Assembly: GCA_038087875.1 (NCBI GenBank)
Contig: CM075987.1
Span: 24,182,001 to 24,246,000 of the forward strand
Source of the DNA: Malacoraja senta
Lineage: Eukaryota
Length of the DNA: 64,000 nt
Direction of reading: 5' to 3'
Numbering within the stretch: position 1 is the first letter of the stretch; each line of letters starts with the position of its first letter. This document shows, in pieces, positions 12,494 through 24,159 of the stretch. The notes under the pieces were generated by a model. It did not search any database. It saw nothing but the letters and a program-made list of their open reading frames with translations, and was not told where the DNA came from. The position numbers were made by a program, and so were the translations under genes.

Positions 12494-14191
12494 TTAGTTT
12501 AGTTTAGTTTAGAGATACAGCGCGGAAACAGGCCCTTCGGCCCACCGTGTCCACACTGACCAGCGATCCCCGCACATTAACACTCTCCTAGACACACACT
12601 AGGGACAATTTATATTTATACCAAGCCAATTAACCTATAACTTGCACATCTTTTGGAGTGTGGGAGGAAACTGATCTTGGAGAAAATGTGTAGGAAAGAA
12701 CTGTGGATGCTGGTATAAATCGAAGGTAGACACAAAATGCTGGAGTAACTCAGTGGGACAGGCAGCATCTCTGGAGAGAAGGAATGCGTGAAGTTTTGGG
12801 TCGAGACCCTTCTTCAGACTCTGGCTAAATGCCGGACTTCATAATTGTAGCATGGAAACAGGCCCTTCGGCCCACTGAGTCCATGCCGACCAGCGATCAC
12901 CCATGTATTTGTTCTATCCTACACACTAGAGACAATTTACAGAAGCCAATTAACTTATAAACCTATATGTCTTTGGAGTGTTGGAGGAAATGGGAGCACC
13001 TGGAGAAAATCCACAGAGTCACAGGGAGAACGTACAATCTCTGTACAGACAGCAGCCATAATCAGGATCGAACCCGGGTCTCTGGTGCTGTAAGGTAGCA
13101 ACTCTACCGTTGCGCCACCGTGCCACCAACTTGCTTCACATCTTCCCATTTATAATTTAACAAGATTTTATATTTATTTATCATTTTTAAAGACACTGCA
13201 TGGAAGCAGTCCCTTCAGCCTACTGAGCCAACAGAGGCCAATTAACCAAACAAGGCTGCACGTCTTTGGGATGTGGGAGGAAACCAGAGCACCCGTAGGA
13301 AACGCACATGGTCACACGGAGAATTTGCAAACTCCACACAGGCAGCACCTGAGGTCAGGATTGAAACCGGGCCTCTGGCGCTGTGAGACAGCAGCTCTAC
13401 CTGCTGTGCCACTGTTCTGCTCATTCTCCATCCCCATTTTGAGGAGTTATTGGCCGGAGATTCTCAGGAGCAAGTGAGACTGTGGTATTTCCCCTTGGGT
13501 GGTTTCTGAGCACATGCTGGGTCATTTATTTGGGTCATTCACCTCTCTGCCCAGCAAACATTTCCCATGACGGAAACTCTTTAAAATGCTCCAAAATGAT
13601 TCACGGGGAAAGTGCCACTGACGTTTTAAGAAGTGGATTAGTTTAGTTTAGTTTAGAGATACAGCGCGGAAACAGGCCCTGCAGCCCACCAAGTCCGCAC
13701 TGCCCAGCGATCCCCACGCACTAAAGGGCCTGTCCCACTTTCACGACCTAATTCACGACCTTTTTTACTCGTGCACATTTTTCATCAGGCTAGAAAAACG
13801 CCCCGACCTACTTGATGCCACGAGTACCTACGACTAGCATCACGGCCTACCAACCACCTACCTACAACCTCCTACGACCTCCTACGACCTCGTGACGACC
13901 ATGCTGCGAGTATGAGTCCAGGGCAATCTCGGCAGAGGTCGTGAATTAGGTTGTGAAAGTGGGGCATGCCCTTTACACTATCCTACACGCACTCAGTATA
14001 ATTTAAAATGTTACTGAAGCCAATTAACCTGTACGTCTTTGGAGTGTGGGAGGAAACTGGAAGATCCCCGAGAAAACCCACGCCGGTCACAGGGAGAACG
14101 TACAAACACGATACAGACAAGCGCCCGTGGTGAGGATCGAACCCGGGTCTCTGGCGCCGTGAGGCAGCAACTCTACCGCGGCCCCACCGCT
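12494..14191 (-). mobile_element. Cluster of four minus-strand HE1/V-SINE-like SINEs (about 12494-12686, 12849-13125, 13190-13415, 13638-14191)
   Basis: Repeated (GTTTA)n-GAGATACAGCGCGGAAACAGGCCCTTCGGCCC tails and GGATCGAACCCGGGTCTCTGG B-box heads. Confidence 0.85.
13725..13972. mobile_element. PIF/Harbinger-like MITE nested in a SINE
   Basis: About 36-bp imperfect TIRs (AGGGCCTGTCCCACTTTCACGACCTAATTCACGACC); flanks TAA/TTA; internal ACGACC repeats. Confidence 0.85.
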
Positions 14192-14266
14192 GTAGAGGAT
14201 TCCGAGGAGTCATCACACAATCTAACTAAACAAGCATATTGCGAGGTGCAAATTTCCATAAACAGC

Positions 14267-15058
14267 TGTCAATGACACCTGTAACAGATGTAGTCAATCT
14301 CCTGCCAACCATAGCCACATGTTTTGGTCTTGCCCTAAGCTAGCAGCCTTTTGGAGGAGTGCTTTTGAGTTGATAAGCAGAGCTTACGACCAGACTATTC
14401 TTCCAAATCCAATGTCAGCCATTTTCGGTACCCCTCCCAATACCAACCTCTCTGTTGCAGTGAAACGGGTCCTAGCTTTTACAACCTTGTTAGCCCGGAG
14501 ACTGATCTTGCTTAGTTGGAGGCTTACCTGTCCCCGACACACGCCCGTTGGATTAAGGAGGTGCTTTACAATCTGAAACTTGAAAAACTTAGGTTCTCTC
14601 TCAAAGGCTCTACCAAGACATTCCTAGATACATGGAACCCTTTCTTTGAACTGGTTAACTCACTTACCTAGTCCCCGGACTCGGAAGAGGACTGAGTGTT
14701 CTCCATCATCGTTTTGTTCTACAGCAGCTGCTTTCCCCTTAATCCCCCCTCCCTACAATTGCTTATTTATATATATATGTATATATATATATTTTTTTAT
14801 TTTTTATTTTTTCTATTTTTATTTTTATATAGCACATTTTGTTTAGTCTATTCTACCATTTGTGTGTGGATGTGTACGTATGTCAGTGTTGTTTGTCCCC
14901 GTTTGGCTCCGACCTGACTTGGGTGGGTTGAAGGTGGGTAAGGGTAAGGGTTTTGAGGATCGCATACATACTGTTGTACAATTATGCCTTGATTATTACT
15001 GTCTGTTATTATTGTATGTATGTAAATTGCCGTGAAATTCAAATAAAAAGATTAAATT
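14267..15058 (+). mobile_element. L1/Tx1-clade 3' fragment with 18-bp TSD
   Basis: CNRC..HMFWSCPKLAAFW C-terminal motif; AATAAA at 15042; exact direct repeat CAAATTTCCATAAACAGC at 14249-14266 and 15059-15076. Confidence 0.9.
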
Positions 15059-15149
15059 CAAATTTCCATAAACAGCAACGGGGCAAGATAAAGGGAATCT
15101 GATTTATCGTTTTGAGTTGAGGGATGTTGGGAGAGCTCTCCAGTTCTCC

Positions 15150-15355
15150 GAACAGAGCCTTGGGAATTTTTTAACGTACAATGGAACAGACGTGTGCTGC
15201 TGCAGTTTAACGTGGTATCAAAAGGACAGCGACTGCAACACGGCAACATTCCCTCAGTTTTGCATTCCTTTGCTGGCCTAGATGATGTGTTGCAACTCTG
15301 CAATAGAGCTTAAACCCTTGACTTGGTGAGTCAGGGGTGAGGCTGCTACCACCTT
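15150..15355 (-). mobile_element. Degenerate Deu-domain SINE (SacSINE1/AmnSINE1-like)
   Basis: Motifs GTTTAACGT, CATTCCCTCAGT, GCCTAGAT, CTTAAACCC and GAGTCAGGGGTGAG occur in the order recalled for the DeuSINE reverse strand; not aligned. Confidence 0.5.
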
Positions 15356-17230
15356 GGAGATATTATTTGGATGATGTGAAACACCTGTTGCGTCCATTGC
15401 CGAAGATGAAAAAAAAACAGTCCTTTGACAACATTACTCAAAGAATGTTTTCAACCCAGAGAATAAATCTTAATTCTCAAGAACGACCAGCAATAAAAGA
15501 TCATCTTGTCCATCTGTAAACTATTTTACACTGCACACAAAATGCACAATGCTCATGGCAATAATCACTCTGCTCTGTAAAGGTTTTTCATTCACAATTA
15601 ATCTTAATTGCCTTTTATTTTTCATGGATTGCTCTGTAGGACAAGGAGAAGTTTATTCTCATAACGTGTTTATGACCATTTGCTGGCTGCCTCTGAACTG
15701 AAGCATAAAGATGTCATTCGGACATAGGTTCAACTTAATTAAGTGACGTAGCTACAATAGATGCACCAAAGTCTTACTGTGACTTTGGTTTAATATAGTT
15801 AAGATTATTGTTGCATGTACCGAGGTACAGTGAAAAGCTTTGGTTGCAGTCAGTGGAAAGACAATACTTGATTACAATTGAGCCATTCTTCAGACTTTAG
15901 AGGACCTGAACTATAGGGAGAATTTGGGCAGGCTAGTAGTTTATTCACTGGAGTGCCGGAGGCTGAGAGGTGACCTTATATTCCTGGGGGGCATGCACAG
16001 AGTTAAAGCAAGGTATGGGGAATCAAGAACCAGAGGACATAGGTTTAAGGTGAGAGAGCCAAGATTTAATAGGAACCTGGGGGGCAATTCTTTCACTCAG
16101 AGGCTGGTGGGTCTATGGAACAAGCTGCCCAAGGAGTAATGGGGGCAGTTACTATAACGGCATTTAAAAGACACTTGGACTGGTTCACAGAAAGGAAAGG
16201 ATTCGAGGGATATGGGGCAATGGCGGGCAAATGGAACTAACTTAAATAGGGCATGTTGGTTGGCATGGATGAGTTGGGCTAATGTGACTTCCCAACGCCC
16301 TATAATGCCTTTTTGTTTGTTGTTTGGGGGTTGCCAGCCCCGACTTCACATTCAGTATCAGATGAGTAATCTCACAACATTTAAGAAGCACTTGAATTTC
16401 TCAACCATTGCAAGCTACCAAACAAGTGATGGCAAATGGGATAGGGTTGGACATGATGGGCCGAAGGGTCTGCTTCCGTGCTGAATGACACCATGATTTG
16501 GCCAGACAAGTCTATGAATCAAATCAGTGCTTCTTTTTTGCAAAAATAAAAGATGCCGGAACGCATATCATTCCTTGCTAGTCATGATAGTTTTGTTCTT
16601 ATCACGTCTAAGAAATGTTTGCTCTGCATGCCATCCAGTCAACTCATACTAAATAAAATGCAACAACTCCTCTTCTGCCACAGCATGCAGAGGGTCATCA
16701 CATTCCACTGTTCATGTCTATGGTGGATCCCTGTCCTATAAACTGCTGAAGGGCCTAACTACCGAATTGAATTAATACATTTTAATTTTTAATTTTGGTC
16801 ATCTTTTTCTAATATAAAAAAATCAACAAAATGTTTTTTAAAAACTTTCTAGAAGTCTAGTATGTCGTGCCGGCAGGTACCGAAACAGAAACAAAAGCAT
16901 TGGATAAATAGCCCATCGTGTGTTGGAAGTGGATGAGAAAGTGGGATAACATAGAACTGGTGTGAATGGGTAACCAATGGTCTGCGTAGACTCAGTGTGA
17001 CCAGAGGGCCTGTTTCCATGCTGTACCACTAAACTAAATTAAACTAAACTAAACTAAACTAAACTAAATAAACTGTGTCTAAAGAAGGGTTCCGACCCAA
17101 AATGTCTGCTATTTCTTTTCTCCAGTGATGCTGCCTGACCCGCTGAGTTTCTTCAGCTTTTTGTGTCTATCCAAACTAAACTAAACTCACAGCCACATCT
17201 TGATCACAAGAGAAGGATCCCAAGCAACAG

Positions 17231-17354
17231 AAATATATAGGAAGGAACTGCGGATGCTGGTTTAAACCGAAGATAGACACAAGATGCTGGAGCAACTCTG
17301 AAGAAGGGTCTCGACCCGAAACGTCACCCATTCCTTCTCCGGCATTTCGTGTCT
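17231..17354. mobile_element. Fold-back Penelope-derived insert with 14-bp TSD
   Basis: Minus-strand then plus-strand pieces of the terminal repeat; TSD ATCCCAAGCAACAG at 17217-17230 and 17355-17368. Confidence 0.8.
17298..17325 (+). ncRNA. Minimal hammerhead ribozyme core (Penelope-associated type)
   Basis: CTGAAGA-A-GGGT(CTCG)ACCC-GAAA-CGTC: CUGANGA box, stem II, GAAA box, palindromic ACGT stem III and GUC site. Stem I is weak and activity is untested. Confidence 0.7.
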
Positions 17355-17959
17355 ATCCCAAGCAACAGTTTCAGTTGCTCAGCTAAAAAACAATCAGCTT
17401 CAAGACATTGGGATGTCGCAGAGTCAATTTCACGGGTGTTCTTAATGCCTGGTTTCCAAACATCAAGCTACCCAACAAATTCACTTACTTACATTTCAAA
17501 ACACAAAATAAATAAACTCAGCGGAGCATTTAGCATTGAGTGAACCCGTATTACTCATTGAAACTCTCCAATCTGTTTGGCAAAATAGTACAGGCTTTAC
17601 CACCTCCGGAAACAAACCATAGTGACATAAAGTGCACGTGCAGGCAAATATAATCAAGCAGAACGAAGGGCTCCCATAAAACGTAATCCCTGCCTTCCAC
17701 AGTAAACCATGTGTAATGTTTGTAAAAAAGTTAGCAGCTGTTTTGAAAGAAGAAATACGAGTCTAGTTTCTGTTCTGTTGCAAAACACGTCATTACATTT
17801 CTTGCAGGCCATTAAATTACCTTAGCGATGAGCCAAAGGAACTGTTTACCAAGGCTAACCAGAGAGTTAGGCTATGCCTTGGTTCACGAGGCCTGAGGCA
17901 GAGTAGGGGACCACTGTTGAAACTGCGCGCTCAAAGCTCACTTTGTGCAAGACAACTTA

Positions 17960-18445
17960 GTCATAGCGTGAGTGATACAGTGTGGGAACATGCCCTTTGG
18001 CCCGACTTACCCACACCAGCCAACATGTCCCCTCTGCACCAGTCCCACCTGCTTGTGTTTAGCCCATATCCCTCCAAACCTGTCCTTTCCATGTACCTGT
18101 CTAACTGTTTCTTAAATGTTGGGATGGTCCCTGCCTCAACTATAGCAGCTCGTTCCATACACCCACCACCCTTTGTGTGAAAAAGTTACCCCTCAGATTC
18201 CGATTAAATCTTTTCCCCTTCACCTTAAACCTATGTCCTCTGGTCCTCGATTCACATACTCTGGGCAAGAGACTCTGTGCATCTGCCCGAATTATTCCTC
18301 TCATGATATTATATACCTCTATAAGACCACCCCTCATCCTCCTGCACTCCAAGGAATAGAGACCCAGACTACTCAACCTCTCCCTGTAGCTCAGACCCTC
18401 TAGTCCTGGCAAAATCCTCATAAATCTCTATATCCTTTCCAGCTT
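17960..18445 (-). mobile_element. CR1 LINE 3' fragment
   Basis: ORF 18140-18421: LSYRERLSSLGLYSLE..RTRGHRFK..FFTQRVVGVWNEL. Confidence 0.9.
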
Positions 18446-18551
18446 TGTCGACGACCCCACAATAACCTCCATGAGAAGGACATGATTCAGAGTGTTGAAT
18501 GGACAATAATCATTTGCAGCAGTCACACAGCTTTGAGGTCCTTTTGAGTAT

Positions 18552-18970
18552 GGGTTTATTGTCACGTGTACCGAGGTACAGTGAAAAGCTTTTGTTGCGT
18601 GCTAACCAGTCAGCGGAAAGACAATACATGATTACAATTGAACCATTCACAGTGTGCAGATGCATGATAAGGGAATAACATGAATAACGTTTAGTGCAAG
18701 ATTAAGTCCACGTAAAGTCCGATCAAAGGCAGTCCGAGGGTCTCCAATGTGGTAGACAGTAGCTCCGAACAGCTCTCCAGTTATTGGTAGGATGGTTCAG
18801 TTACTTGTTAACAGCTGGGAAGAAACTGTCCATGAATCTGGAGGCGTGCGTTTTCACACTTCTATTACTTTTGCCCCGATAGGAGAGGGAAGAAGAGGGA
18901 GTGGCTGGGGTGCGACTCGTGCTTGATTATACCGCTGGCCTTGCTGAGGCAGCATGAGTTGTAAATGGAT
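18552..18970 (-). mobile_element. Rex1/Babar-type LINE 3' fragment
   Basis: RTPPDSWT/SFFPAV-like degenerate C-terminus; 3' end CTCGGTACACGTGACAATAAA shared with copies near 19920, 49640 and 58510. Confidence 0.7.
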
Positions 18971-19470
18971 TAAATGACCAACTAGTGCCCATTTTTAAAA
19001 TCTATTTCTGTACTAAACCCATTTCATTCCAACCGTTTAAGCTCTGATCCCCAGACAAGAAAACAATTCACTAGAAATGAATAAATTGACCTGAGATTAA
19101 GCATTATGGAAGAATGGAAGTGAAATGGGTAAAATTAAATCCTCGAGAAATAAAAAGGGAATCATGTGATCCTGGTCCAACGTGGCGGACAAATGCCGGC
19201 TTACAACCCTGCAGTATGAATATTGATTTCTCTAACTTCTTTGTTTGCTTTCCTTGCATTCCCCATCTCTCCATTCCTAGTTTTCTGACTAAATCTTCCC
19301 TGGCAGCTGGTGTTCATCGCTTGGGAAAATGAGTTCCTTCCTTCTGTTGATCTAATCCATAGCGGCCTCCACAGGAACAGCAGCCACAGTTACTTTCTGC
19401 ACCCAGTCTAAAATATCATTGTGGAAAAAGTCTACCTCCCCTTTAAGAAGTGCAGGCTGCCTTTAAGTAA

Positions 19471-19725
19471 AGGGCCTGTCCCACTTGGGCGTCATTTGCG
19501 CGTCATGTAGCTGGCGCGCGAAGATTTAGTGAATCCCAAAATCCTGGGGCGCCGCGCGCGACTGCGCGTCACTGCCTATGCCACCACACCTCATCACACG
19601 CCATGCGCGCATAATGCACGCCATGCGCCAATCACGTGCGCGTCACGACGTGCGCGTCGTGCGTCGTGACGCTAAATGATGTCGCGTAAATGACTCGCAA
19701 ATGACACCCAAGTGGGACAAGCCCT
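19471..19725. mobile_element. PIF/Harbinger-like MITE, CpG-rich
   Basis: TIR AGGGCCTGTCCCACTTGGGCGTCATTTGCG / CGCAAATGACACCCAAGTGGGACAAGCCCT; TAA on both sides. Confidence 0.85.
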
Positions 19726-20721
19726 TAAGGACACTGTTCAGCTTCTCATCCTCCCAACATCCTGACCCCATCAATGTTGCTACTTGTACTCTGCTACTTT
19801 GGTTCAAGCAACCTTTGGTTCACGTTAATTATTCCCTTTATCATATTCTGTGGACAGCTCGACTGTAATTGTGTATTGTCATTCCGTTGACTGGTTAGCA
19901 ACAAAGGTTTCTCACTGTACCTCGGTACACGTGACAATAAACTAAACTGAGATTAAACTCAAACAGCATTAATCTCTTCCTCTGTGCTGACAACAGAATT
20001 TGTTAATTAAAAAGATGCCTAATGATGAAAATAGTCTGGCCTTTCACAAAGACATCAGCGTGGAGGTGATGTGGAAAATAGGCACTTGAGCTCTTTAAAG
20101 TGCATCCAAAGATTCAGCCGGCCATGGGTTGATTTTGGAGCTGATTCCACACCTACTTTTCAAAAGCCAAATCCAAATTACCTGTAGATGAAACCTGGCA
20201 AAAAGCCTTGGGTTTAGCCCAGATCAGAACTTGTGCATTGTTGATTCTGCTTAAGAGATGGTGCCAGACATTAAATAATTGACCTGACTCTGGCATACTT
20301 TGAAGAGTTGCTGGAACACTGAGGGAATGTCTGCATGTAATAACCATTATCAGCAGTTGAGTTGACCAAAGAGTTTTAACACAAGATTCTCACCATAAAA
20401 CGACTACGGAAAGCAGACAACCTGATTGTGTGAAAAATCAATTATCTTCTTAAGCCATTAAATGGCAATTCTGTTGAGAAGCTTAGCTTGACATTTGGGC
20501 ACAGTTTTGTATCCTGCAGCAAAGGAGACTCGGTTTATTCGTAAGAGGGAAGGCGATCCAAATTTTATTTAGGTGTTTCATTATTATTAAATTATCAGTC
20601 ACGATAATTCATATTTATATTCTCTGCAACACATTTTTACACACATGCAGGAGTCACACGTCATATTAATATGCTGCATATTGAACAGTTGAATAAAAAA
20701 AGACCATTTGATATTGTGGTA

Positions 20722-21697
20722 TCACGGTGGCGCAGCGGTGGAGTTGCCGGACCTTCCACTACCTGCAACCTCCGGCAACCACCTTCAACTAGCATCGCAA
20801 CCGGCTTCGACTAAAAAATTACCGATTTTTAAAATGCTAGTTGAAGGTGGTTGCCAGAGGTTGCAGGTGGTTGCCAGAGGTTGCAGGTAGTGGAAGGTAA
20901 GACCTTCCACTATCTGCAACCTCTGGCAACCACCTTCAACTAGCATCGCAACCGACTTCGACTAAAAAATTACAGATTTTTAAACGGCAACCTATTTTTA
21001 GTCGCGGCCGGTTTCGAATTTTTTGAAATAATCGCCGGAACATAGAAGAAGCGGAAACCACTTTCGACCATTAGGGAGACTGACAAAAACCTCCAGGAAC
21101 CGCACGGAAACCTTGGGTGGGGCGCAAAGTCTCCAGAGGTTTCCGTTCAGGTTTCCTAAGTGGGACAGGGGCATTACAGCGCCAGAGACCCAGGTTAAAT
21201 CCTGGTTTTGGGTGCTGTCTGTACAGAGTTTGTACGTTCTCCCCGTGACCACGTGGGGTTCCTCCAGGATCTCCGGTTTCCATCCGCACTCCAATGACGT
21301 ATAGGTTTGTAGCTTTATTGGCTTGATATAACTGTAAATTTGTCCCGACTGTGTAGGATAGTGCTAGTGTACCGGGTCTTTTAGTTTAGTTTAGTTTAGT
21401 TTAGAGATACAGCACGGAAACAGGCATTTTGGCCCACCGAGTCCGCACCGACCAGCGATCCCTGCACATTAACACTATCCTACACACACACTAGGGACAA
21501 TTTACACTTATACCAAGCCAATTAATCTACAAACTTGTACATCTTTGGAGTGTGGGAGGAAACCGAAGATCTCGGAGAAAACCCAAGGGTCACGGGGAGA
21601 ACGTACAAACTCCATACAGACAGCACCCGTAGTCAGGATCGAACCCGGGTAAGCACGGTAAGGCAGCAACTCTACCACTGCGCCACCGTGCCGCCCT
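20722..21697. mobile_element. Tail-to-tail pair of HE1/V-SINE-like SINEs (20722-21380 plus, 21381-21697 minus)
   Basis: The plus copy is split by the MITE at 20750-21173; the minus copy is full length. Confidence 0.85.
20750..21173. mobile_element. Rearranged PIF/Harbinger-like MITE (right TIR only) nested in a SINE head
   Basis: Ends AGTGGGACAGGGGCA then TTA, where the SINE resumes (TTACAGCGCCAGAGACC); the left end is replaced by direct and inverted repeats. Confidence 0.7.
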
Positions 21698-22182
21698 ACG
21701 CACAGTGATGGCTGGTTGGCGTGGACTCGGTGGGCCAAAGGGCCTGTTTCCACTCTGTATCTCTACACTAAATTTAAAAAACTAAACCTTTTCCAAACAG
21801 CCCCATTGTAATGAAGGCTAATGATAACATAAGCCTACTAATGGAGTGAACGATAATCTTATGTAGATCTAGTCCCATGACAAACAGAGATATCAAGTTC
21901 ACAGGACTTGGTAATCTCATTTGGCTCACCTGATGGCTGGACGACCAGAATAACGATTGTTTCCCTTGAGTTTAGGGGTGATCTCATTAAGATATTTAAG
22001 CTCATCACATGAACCTGACTGTAGTTTAAAAATAAGCAATTACCCATTGTCGGAGATCCCACTACGAAAGAATATAACTGCAAAGTTTCAGCAAAGCTAA
22101 TCGATGGTCGCATCAATTATAGACAGAAAAAGCTGAAGTAACTCAGCGGGTCAGGCGGCATCTCTGGAGATAAGGATAAGGT

Positions 22183-22210
22183 GACGTTTCGGGTCGAGAC
22201 CCTTCTTCAG
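22183..22210 (-). ncRNA. Minimal hammerhead ribozyme core (Penelope-associated type)
   Basis: The reverse complement is identical to 17298-17325; lies in a minus-strand Penelope 3' fragment (about 22120-22290). Confidence 0.7.
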
Positions 22211-23504
22211 ACTGAGAGTCAGGGGAAAGGGAAACGAGAGATATAGATAGATGGTGATATAGAGAGATATAGAAGAAATGAAAGGAAGATAGAAACATAG
22301 AAAATAGGTGCAGGAGGAGGCTATTTGGCCCTTCGAACCTGCACTGCCAAAAAGATGTGCAAAAAAGTAACAATGATCAAGGAAACGGCCCTTCACATTA
22401 TGTGTGTTGTATCAATTATGCTTTTTCCTTTACTGATAGAACAAAGAACAGAACAACGCAGGGACACGCCCTTCGGCCCACCATATCTGTGCTGTACATG
22501 ATACTGAAATAAAGTAATCTCATCTGCCTGCACATAATCCAATCCTCTGCATAGCCACATGCCTATCCTAAAGCCTTTTGAATGCCACTGTTGTGCCTGT
22601 CCCACCATCACCCCTGGAAACACATTCCATGCACCCACTGTGTAAAAAAACTGCCAACTTGGCTGAGTTGTCTCATCAGACAGGTGAGACCTTTATCTAC
22701 TGGAGTTTAGAAGAGTAAGGAGAGTTGACTGAAACATATTAGATGCTGAAGAAAGACACAAAATGTTGGAGTAACTCAACGGGTCAGCCAGCATCCTCGG
22801 AGAACATTGATAGGTGGACATTTCAGGTCGGGATCCTTCTTCGGACGGAGTGAGAGAGGGTCTCACAGAACTCCCGTCGGAGAGAGGAGGAGAACTTCTT
22901 CAAACAAGCATACCTTGAGGAGATTTTGGAGCAGTAAAATGTAGAAGCAAGCAACTGCGGATGTTGGCTTACCAAGGAAAGACACAAAGTTGTGCGGCAA
23001 CTCAACGGGTCAGGCAGCATTATTGGAGAACATGGAGAGGGGACATTTTGGGTCAGGGCGCTATTTCAGACCCTTCTTAGATTTGAAGGTCGTAACAGGG
23101 TGACAGTAGAGGATGTTTAACGGGAAAAACTAGAACTCGTGGTCACTGTTTCAAAGTACATGAATGAAGAAGTTTATTGGCCAAGTATTCACATACAAGG
23201 AATTTGCCTTGGTGCTCCGCCCGCAAGTGACAATTATGAATGAGGTGAATATTATTTTATCTTCTCAGAAGGTCATGAGGCTTTGGAGCCACCTTCCCCA
23301 AGAGTGGTAGAAGTCAAAATGTTTATAAATAAAAAATATATAAAGTCTTTTAAATATGAAAAGTAAATATTGTAACTTTTTTGAAAATCAAGAGGATGAT
23401 AGGTCCCCAGGCTAGGCGGCATTACATTCATGGAACATAATCCAACACAGGAAGAGGCCCTTCGACCCTCAGTCCATGCCGAACATGATGCAAAGTTAAA
23501 CTAA

Positions 23505-23821
23505 TGGGGCTGTCCCACTGTACGAGCTAATTCAAGAGCTCTCCTGAATTTAAAAAAAAATCAAACTCGTGGTAAGCACGTAGAATGTACGTAGCAGATA
23601 CGTCGGAGCTCAGGACGTCTCTTAGCGGCTCATAACGCTAACGGCAGGTACTCGGGAAAAGCGGCAAGCTCGTGAAGTCTCGTGAACATTTTTCAACATG
23701 TTGAAAAATGTCCACGAGAGCCCCGAGTACCTACGAGCGGCCATTACCGTAATTCTCCGAGTTCGAATCAGGGGAAACGCGGGAGAACTCTTGAATTAGC
23801 TCGTACAGTGGGACAGCCCCT
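23505..23821. mobile_element. PIF/Harbinger-like MITE
   Basis: TIR GGGGCTGTCCCACTGTACGAGCTAATTCAAGAG and its reverse complement; TAA on both sides; inverted relative of 57906-58220. Confidence 0.88.
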
Positions 23822-24159
23822 TAATCTTCATAACCCACATGCAGCATATCCATCTTCCTATCTAAAAGTGTTTTAAAATGCCGCTCTCACACCTGCCTCC
23901 ACCCCAATCTCTGGCAGCACGAGCGATGCACCCATACAGCCACCAGTCTCTTACATGCCACTATCATAGCTGCCTAGAAGACCATCGTTTGTGGCAGTGT
24001 GTTCCAGGCACTCACCACCCTCTGTGTGAAAAAAACTTACCCTGCACATTTAAATTTAAACTTTGCCCCCCTCACCTTAAATCTGTACCCCCAAGTCTTT
24101 GAGCATTTCCACCCTAAGATCATTTTGACTATCTACCCAATCTATGTGACTATATTATA

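Noticed and set aside
19471..19725. CpG island or promoter
   Set aside because: The CpG density is fully explained by a MITE bounded by TIRs and TAA.
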